NCBI GenBank assembly: GCA_030587475.2
Contig: JAUQYZ020000131.1
Span: forward strand, 1-12,187
Direction of reading: 5' to 3'
Source: Candidatus Sigynarchaeum calidifontis
GTDB lineage: Archaea; Asgardarchaeota; Lokiarchaeia; Sigyniarchaeales; Sigyniarchaeaceae
DNA: 12,187 bases
Below the pieces are notes generated by a model that was not told the origin of the DNA, searched no databases, and saw only the letters and a program-made list of their open reading frames with translations. Positions 6,767 through 12,187 of this stretch are shown piece after piece (positions within the stretch are counted from its first letter, which is position 1; each line of letters opens with the position of its first letter). The translations under genes were made by a program, and so were the position numbers.

Positions 6767-8035
6767 ATGGCTGCAGATACTTTCGGATCCTCTTCTTTGC
6801 GAGACATCGCAAAGATAAAGCGATTTCGCCGGAAAAGAGCATCTTCATACGATAGGACAGGCGGGAACATCGATTTCATCCTCATCGCGCCTGGCGAGCG
6901 CAAGGTCATCTTCGACACGCCTGGGCCCGGCTGCATCACGCACATTTGGACCACGCAGATGGCATGGAACGCGCCAGCGTGGCCAAGACACGTGATCCTC
7001 CGGATGTGGTGGGATGGTGAAGCGGAACCGAGCGTGGAATGCCCATTGGGAGATTTCTTCGGCCTGGGGCATGGCCAGAGACTTAACTTCGACTCGGAAC
7101 CCTTGCAAATGTCCCCGGATCACGGGAAGGGATTCAATTGCTGGTGGCCGATGCCGTTCAAGAAACATGTCCGCATCGAAATCGAGAACGACAACCCGAC
7201 GTCGAAAGTCCTGGATCCAGACCACCCGCTCAAGCTGCGACCAGGGATCATGCTCTATTATTACATCGATTACGAGATTTACGACGAGTGGCCGGCGGAG
7301 CCAGATTCACCGCTTGGCTATTTTCACGTCCAATTTCGATGCAATGACTACAAGGACCAGCGAACCGACTTCACCACGGGGAAGCGGATGAACTGGCTCG
7401 AATGGCAGGTTTTGAAAGGAAAGAACACTCGAGAAAACGGGGGCTACGACCGGAACCACGTCATCCTTGAAGCGAAAGGCACGGGGCATTATGTCGGATG
7501 CGTTATCAACATCGACAACCCGCGGCGGTGGTGGATGCCGATAATGAACTGGCCTGGCGAGGGTGACGACATGATATTCATCGACGATGATGTTGGTGGC
7601 GAACCAACGTTATACGGCACGGGCACAGAGGATTACGTCAACATGGCATTTTGTCCCCAGGAAAAATACAGCTCTGCATACCATGGCGTCATCAAGGGCG
7701 GGGGCTGGAATTGGGCGGGAAAAATCACCTATTACAGGTTTCATGTTCAGGACCGGATCACGTTCCAGAAGCAGATCAAGGTTACCATCGAGCACGGGCA
7801 CAACAACCACCGTGGCGGTCGATGGGAAACGACGGCGTACTGGTACCAGCTAGAACCCCATGCTGCATCGTTGAATCCCCCGTTGCCAACCAGGGAAGCC
7901 AGGATGCCGAGGCCATACCACGAAACTGCAGCGCGAATAGGAAAGAAAATTGCATCACTCGTCGTGAAAACAAGCCTCTACGTCTTGCTTGTCTACGCGA
8001 CTGTACTCGTTTTGCAAGTATTTGGCTTGATTTAA
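6767..8035 (+). CDS. DUF2961 / glycoside hydrolase family 172 protein with C-terminal transmembrane helix
   Basis: Family motifs SSYDRTGGN, GPGCITHIW, WDGE..PSVECPLGDFFG, FNCWWPMPF, G.GHYVG, WPGEGDD, YGTGTEDY, YYRFH..D.I.F, IEHGH, AYWYQ. Characterised GH172 enzymes act on alpha-D-arabinofuranosides and fructofuranosides; the substrate here is unproven. Confidence 0.9.
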   Translation: MAADTFGSSSLRDIAKIKRFRRKRASSYDRTGGNIDFILIAPGERKVIFDTPGPGCITHIWTTQMAWNAPAWPRHVILRMWWDGEAEPSVECPLGDFFGLGHGQRLNFDSEPLQMSPDHGKGFNCWWPMPFKKHVRIEIENDNPTSKVLDPDHPLKLRPGIMLYYYIDYEIYDEWPAEPDSPLGYFHVQFRCNDYKDQRTDFTTGKRMNWLEWQVLKGKNTRENGGYDRNHVILEAKGTGHYVGCVINIDNPRRWWMPIMNWPGEGDDMIFIDDDVGGEPTLYGTGTEDYVNMAFCPQEKYSSAYHGVIKGGGWNWAGKITYYRFHVQDRITFQKQIKVTIEHGHNNHRGGRWETTAYWYQLEPHAASLNPPLPTREARMPRPYHETAARIGKKIASLVVKTSLYVLLVYATVLVLQVFGLI

Positions 8036-8044
8036 TTTTTTTTT
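8036..8044 (+). terminator. T9 tract terminator
   Basis: Nine consecutive T immediately after the TAA of the GH172 gene, in a convergent intergenic region. Confidence 0.6.
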
Positions 8045-8101
8045 CTCTCGAATCTTCTCTTGCTAGCGTTCCCTTTTTTAGTAGAACGCAAGGAGGTATC
8101 C

Positions 8102-8122
8102 AAGAAATTGAAAGAAAAAGAA
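8102..8122 (-). terminator. U-rich terminator for the NMO-SCP2 operon
   Basis: The minus strand reads TTCTTTTTCTTTCAATTTCTT directly after the SCP2 stop. Confidence 0.5.
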
Positions 8123-8626
8123 TTAAACGTCGATACCATTCTCTTCGTAATATGTTGTAACCCATTCCCTTCCGAGAACGGCCAGCTTGATGGGTCCTTG
8201 AACCGTGAGATCGCCCTTGAAGAAATAGGAATCAGTGTTCGGGTTTCCCGCCATAATCTGCTTCATGGCTTCCGGCACCATCTCCAGCATCACCGGGTTT
8301 TTCCACTTGCCCTCGTCCTGGATCTCCTTCCAATTCCCCGTGTAGATGCCGAGCATGTGGTCTTTTTCGTTCTGCACCATGACGACCTTGATGGGGGTGT
8401 CCCTGACCTCGAAATATTGCGCCACCTCGCCGTATTGCAAGATGGCATCGTCGACGATCTCGCGGTAGCTCTTGTTCAGCAAACCGAACTCGGCCATCGC
8501 GCCGAAGAACAAGAGAACATCATCGAGGCTGTCGCCCCGGTAGTCTCCCGCCTTGTACTTGGCGAGCCACTTCTCGTTACATCCCTTGACTTCCGCTTCG
8601 TCCTTTATCCACCTGGTTATCGGCAT
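8123..8626 (-). CDS. SCP2 sterol/lipid-binding domain protein
   Basis: C-terminal 'PVMLEMVPEAMKQIMAGNPNTDSYFFKGDLTVQGPIKLAV' matches the SCP2 signature (..i..G.l.p..af..Gkl.v.Gd...a). SD-like GAGGTG lies at 8637-8642. Confidence 0.75.
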   Translation of the reverse strand: MPITRWIKDEAEVKGCNEKWLAKYKAGDYRGDSLDDVLLFFGAMAEFGLLNKSYREIVDDAILQYGEVAQYFEVRDTPIKVVMVQNEKDHMLGIYTGNWKEIQDEGKWKNPVMLEMVPEAMKQIMAGNPNTDSYFFKGDLTVQGPIKLAVLGREWVTTYYEENGIDV

Positions 8627-8646
8627 TGCTTACACGCACCTCGTGT

Positions 8647-9684
8647 TCATGATATCATCGCGCTGATGCGCTTGATAGCGGCCTCGGCTCCCTTCACGAT
8701 GTCGTCGATGATGTCCTTGACGTTCTTGATGTCGTTGATGATGCCGATCGACTGGCCGAGCAGCACGGCGCCGTTTTGGATGTCGCCCTTGTAGGTTAGC
8801 TCGTAATGGCGTTGATCCTCCATCAACGCCTTGACATCGAGGCTTTGCTCTTGCGCGATCTTGGCATCCTTGTTCTCGACGACGGGATGGGATTTCGCAT
8901 ATTCATTGTTCCAGAGCCGGATCGGGCCAAATACCCCCGTGTACAGGTTCGTGTCGGTATCTTTCGCGCCCGGTATGATTTTCTTGTATTCATCGTGGAA
9001 CTCGGATTCCTTCGATGCGATGAACCTCGAGCCCATTGCGATGGCGCCCGCACCGAGGGCCAGCGCTGCAGCGAGACTTTCGCCAGTCGCGAAACCACCA
9101 CACGCGACCTTCGGTATATCCGGCCAAGCTTGCTGGGCCTCCTGGAGAAGCACGAGAGTCGAGACCTTCTCGTAAGACTGGTGGCCGCCACCCTCCGTCC
9201 CCGTGAGCACGAGCCCCTCGACACCCCGCGCGACGCATTTTTCAGCGAGCCACTTTGCAGGCGCGACATGAAAATGCATGGTATTCGGATTGGACTCCTT
9301 GAGTTTTTTCCACGTCACGGTTTCTGGCAGCATGGTCGGGCTGCCAGCGCTGGTGAGCGCATAGACGCACTGTTCGCGCAATTTCTGGTTTTCCATGATA
9401 AACCGCGGGATGCGCCGGCATAGCATGTCGGCATCGGGCTGCATGCGTGCCGTCCGGATATTGAAGCCGAAGGGTTTGTCTGTGTGTTCAATGACCTTGA
9501 GCATGTTGTTCTGCATTTCCTTGAGAGAATCCTTGCCCTCGAGATTCGTGTGCGATAGAACACCCAGCCCGCCGGCCTCCGAGACAGCTATCGTGAGCTC
9601 GGTCGTGTAAAACGGGCCCATTGGAGCGGAGATGATGGGCACTTTCATCCCCAGCCGTTCCATTAGTTTCGTCTTGATTGCCAT
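8647..9684 (-). CDS. nitronate monooxygenase / FabK-like FMN-dependent oxidoreductase
   Basis: PIISAPMG, AVSEAGGLG, TDKPFGFN, G-x-EGGGH (catalytic His), ACGG..G..LAAALALGA..I.MGSRF.ASKES, and GQSIG.I motifs. Confidence 0.9.
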   Translation of the reverse strand: MAIKTKLMERLGMKVPIISAPMGPFYTTELTIAVSEAGGLGVLSHTNLEGKDSLKEMQNNMLKVIEHTDKPFGFNIRTARMQPDADMLCRRIPRFIMENQKLREQCVYALTSAGSPTMLPETVTWKKLKESNPNTMHFHVAPAKWLAEKCVARGVEGLVLTGTEGGGHQSYEKVSTLVLLQEAQQAWPDIPKVACGGFATGESLAAALALGAGAIAMGSRFIASKESEFHDEYKKIIPGAKDTDTNLYTGVFGPIRLWNNEYAKSHPVVENKDAKIAQEQSLDVKALMEDQRHYELTYKGDIQNGAVLLGQSIGIINDIKNVKDIIDDIVKGAEAAIKRISAMIS

Positions 9685-9732
9685 TGCTGATCATCGATAG
9701 TATGGTAGCACATCAACATCTGACGTTGAGCC

Positions 9733-9740
9733 ATTTAAAA
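9733..9740 (-). promoter_or_regulatory. candidate TATA box TTTTAAAT for the NMO-SCP2 operon
   Basis: Consensus-like archaeal TATA box about 50 nt upstream of ATG 9684. A second candidate, TTTATAAA, lies at 9791-9798. Confidence 0.5.
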
Positions 9741-9806
9741 CTCGCGTGAAACCACCTTCGCAGAAATCGGAACCCGGTTCGTGAATCGCCTTTATAAATC
9801 AATGCT

Positions 9807-11897
9807 TCACACGAGATCCTCGAACCTGGTCGGCCCGATGCCATAAGATAGCTTCAGCACTTGAAACACCTTGTCTCGCTCGATCTCGTCGAGGAACGAG
9901 GATCGTTTCATGATTGTCGTCTTGTTAAAGGACCACCGTGCTTGTGCATAGGTGAAATAGAGCTCCTTTCGTGCCCTCGTTGAGGCCACGTAAAAGAGCC
10001 GTCGCTCCTCTTCAAGGTCATCCGGGTGATCCATCGAGAGAGCATGGGGTAACAAAGTTTCCGCAGTGCCGATCACGTAGACCACGTCCCATTCTAGGCC
10101 CTTGGCTTGATGGATGGTCGACAAGACAAGCGGCTTCTCGTCCTTGGCCTTGTCCGCGTTCTTGGTCGTTTCCCCCACGAACGTTTCCGAAATGGCGATT
10201 TCCTCCAGCAACTCCTGCAGCGACGGGTACTTGCCGGCGATCGTGACGAACTCGCGCAACTCGAGAAGCCGATCGTCGGCATCTTCGTGCTTGTCCTTCA
10301 AGAGGGGCTCGTAGATCTTGAGCACCGCGTCGAAGAACTCGTCTGGCTTGGGCAATTTCTCGGCGGGAATGGGAATGCCGGTCTTTTCATCAATGGCGAT
10401 ACTCTTGTAAAACGCTTGGAGCGATGCCAACCTCGTGATGGAATCCGCTTGGACGCGCTTCCCCTTGAGCTCGACTTTCAAGTTTGCAGTGGCGAAGCAT
10501 GCAAGCGGTTGCGATGACTGGAGCAGCGCGGCCACGACGCGCTCGACCGATGCAGGACCCATGCCTGGATACAACCCGAGAATCCTCGACCATGCGATCT
10601 CGTTGCGCGGGTTCTGGACGACGAGACCGAAGGCGAGCAAGTCCTTCACGTGGGCCGTCTCGTAGAACTTCAGTCCTGCACGCTTGATGTAAGGGATCTT
10701 ATAGGTGAGCAAGGCCTTCTCCAGGATCAAGCTCTGGAAGGCAGCGCGGAACAAGACGGCTTGCTCGTGGTAGGGGACTCCACTTTTTGCCGTCTCTATG
10801 ACCTTCTGGCAGATGAAATTCGATTCCTCGTCATCGTCCATGCACGGGACGACTTGTGGTAACTTCCCCTTCGCGGCCCTCGTCTTGAGATCCTTCTTGA
10901 ATTGTTTCTTGTTGTGCTTGATACTCGCATTCGCGAAATGAAGTATCTGCGGCGTGCTGCGGTAATTCTCCGTGAGGAAGTACTTGCGCACGTTGGGCAA
11001 GAGCACCTCGAAATCGAGCATGTGCTGCACGCTTGCGCCTCTGAATGAATAGATGGACTGTGCATCGTCACCCACGACCATCGCGCTGTCCGCGCGCCGG
11101 GCGATCTCGATGACAATGTCCGCTTGGAGCTGGTTCACGTCTTGATACTCGTCGACCAGTATGTGCCGAACTTGCTTGAAGATGCGCTCATTTACTGGTT
11201 CCATCCGGAGTAACCGCAAAAAATAGATTAGAAGGTCGTCGAAATCCATAAAATTATTTTTTTTCTTGAGATCGACGTACCGTGCAAGAGCGTGGCTGAT
11301 ATCTTGCTCCAGATCGATGAACTGGCGGTAGAAACTGGCCAGGATTTCTTTCACTTGCAAGTGCATGTTGTTCGCACGTGAATAGATATTGACAAGGTCG
11401 CTCGGGCGGGGATACCGTTTTTTTTCCTCTGGATCCTTGTTGCCGGTCACTTCCCCGAGTGCCTTCTTCATGAGTTGTTGTGCGTCGCTATCATCGAGGA
11501 TCGTGAAATTGGGCTCAAATCCAAGAAGCTTAGCGTGCCTTCGAAGAAAACGATTCGCGACCGAATGGAATGTCCCTGAAAGAAGTTTACCTCGCGCAAA
11601 ATTGACAAGCTTTTGAACCCTGCTAGTCATTTCCTCCGCGGCTTTTTTCGTGAACGTGACGAGCATGATCGATTGCGGCAGCGCGCCTTGCTCGATGAGC
11701 CGGGCCACGCGATACGTGAGCACGCGTGTTTTTCCCGATCCCGCCCCTGCAACAACAATGGCATTTCCCTTGTCGTGCATCACGGCCTGGTATTGCTCGT
11801 CGTTCAATTTCCCGGCATAATCTATGGTGTTCGCCACCGGCGGGGGTTTTATCACGAACACGTTGCCCGGCAACTCATCATCGTCGCGATCGCTCAT
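9807..11897 (-). CDS. UvrD/PcrA/Rep-family (SF1A) ATP-dependent DNA helicase
   Basis: Q-motif LNDEQ, Walker A AGAGSGKT, Ia VTFTKKAA, GTFHS, Walker B VDEYQD, III VGDDAQSIYSFRGA, IV NYRST, V STIHQAKGLEW, VI EERRLFYVASTRA. Start set at MSDRDDD (11897); the ORF track extends to GTG 12014. Confidence 0.95.
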   Translation of the reverse strand: MSDRDDDELPGNVFVIKPPPVANTIDYAGKLNDEQYQAVMHDKGNAIVVAGAGSGKTRVLTYRVARLIEQGALPQSIMLVTFTKKAAEEMTSRVQKLVNFARGKLLSGTFHSVANRFLRRHAKLLGFEPNFTILDDSDAQQLMKKALGEVTGNKDPEEKKRYPRPSDLVNIYSRANNMHLQVKEILASFYRQFIDLEQDISHALARYVDLKKKNNFMDFDDLLIYFLRLLRMEPVNERIFKQVRHILVDEYQDVNQLQADIVIEIARRADSAMVVGDDAQSIYSFRGASVQHMLDFEVLLPNVRKYFLTENYRSTPQILHFANASIKHNKKQFKKDLKTRAAKGKLPQVVPCMDDDEESNFICQKVIETAKSGVPYHEQAVLFRAAFQSLILEKALLTYKIPYIKRAGLKFYETAHVKDLLAFGLVVQNPRNEIAWSRILGLYPGMGPASVERVVAALLQSSQPLACFATANLKVELKGKRVQADSITRLASLQAFYKSIAIDEKTGIPIPAEKLPKPDEFFDAVLKIYEPLLKDKHEDADDRLLELREFVTIAGKYPSLQELLEEIAISETFVGETTKNADKAKDEKPLVLSTIHQAKGLEWDVVYVIGTAETLLPHALSMDHPDDLEEERRLFYVASTRARKELYFTYAQARWSFNKTTIMKRSSFLDEIERDKVFQVLKLSYGIGPTRFEDLV

Positions 11898-12026
11898 TGT
11901 TACTTTGCGCCCGAGCATGAACCATGATCGAATGTCATTAAGAAATCCACGATCAGCCGCATTAAGACCTTTGATCCTCGCATGAATTTCTGAAAACCCA
12001 TGCGCGTCAATCACGGATTAGAAAAC

Positions 12027-12187
12027 ATGGAGAGAACCCGAAATCTTAAAAAAGGACTCGCATTAAATACTTCGACGCTTGAAGGCATTACATTCGAGAC
12101 CTCTTGCTTTGAAATGATGCTGCAAGAATGGAGCGACAAAAACATGAACGATCAAGAACGCAGGGATGCGGCACGACTCTTGAAGCG
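12027..12187 (+). CDS. possible 5' fragment of a divergent gene, truncated by the window end
   Basis: Open frame from ATG 12027 to the edge, with further in-frame ATGs at 12114, 12117 and 12144 (MNDQERRDAARLLK...). AT-rich boxes at 12045-12053 and 12062-12069 favour a later start. Too short to identify. Confidence 0.35.
   Translation, partial: MERTRNLKKGLALNTSTLEGITFETSCFEMMLQEWSDKNMNDQERRDAARLLK

Noticed and set aside
8060-8794. 244-aa + strand ORF with an SD-like AAGGAGGT (8090-8097) 10 nt before TTG 8108
   Set aside because: It is antisense to the SCP2 and NMO genes, has shadow-ORF composition and no motifs, and sits downstream of a T9 terminator with no evident promoter.
1588-11897. Ligase and UvrD helicase as a repair operon or mobile-element replication module
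   Set aside because: They are separated by more than 6 kb of unrelated genes on both strands, with no integrase, transposase, terminal repeats or evident compositional break.
11898-12014. Longer helicase N-terminus from GTG 12014
   Set aside because: It has no helicase-like content and would leave almost no room for divergent promoters.
1-12187. tRNA, rRNA, CRISPR arrays, IS elements
   Set aside because: All intergenic gaps are under 200 bp and show no cloverleaf, regularly spaced repeat or transposase signature.

Overview
Core-like archaeal chromosomal segment of moderately high GC with TATA-like boxes, U-tract terminators and some apparently leaderless starts. The gene content (archaeal-type ATP-dependent DNA ligase; zinc-ribbon/PCI/appendage-like protein; SCP2 plus FabK/NMO-like pair) suggests an Asgard archaeon, possibly Lokiarchaeia; this is inference. 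Nine complete genes in order: NIPA-like DMT transporter (+), STAS/SEC14-like protein (-), DNA ligase (-), DUF2085 membrane protein (+), ~610-aa multidomain protein (+), GH172/DUF2961 glycoside hydrolase with a C-terminal TM tail (+), SCP2-domain protein (-), nitronate monooxygenase/FabK-family flavoenzyme (-), UvrD/PcrA-family helicase (-). A possible tenth gene is truncated at the right edge. The standout is the 4761-6590 protein, which by eye combines three zinc ribbons, a PCI-like winged helix and an Ig-sandwich plus platform module resembling the beta-COP/adaptin appendage, making it a candidate eukaryotic-signature coat-like protein. Other signals: a probable tail-anchored glycosidase, a recurring 3'-UTR hairpin with a pyrimidine-rich loop, a palindromic operator candidate upstream of the putative lipid operon, and a possible ATA start or in-frame readthrough after the ligase. 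No RNA genes, CRISPR arrays or mobile elements were seen. All family calls come from motif recognition by eye, not from database searches.
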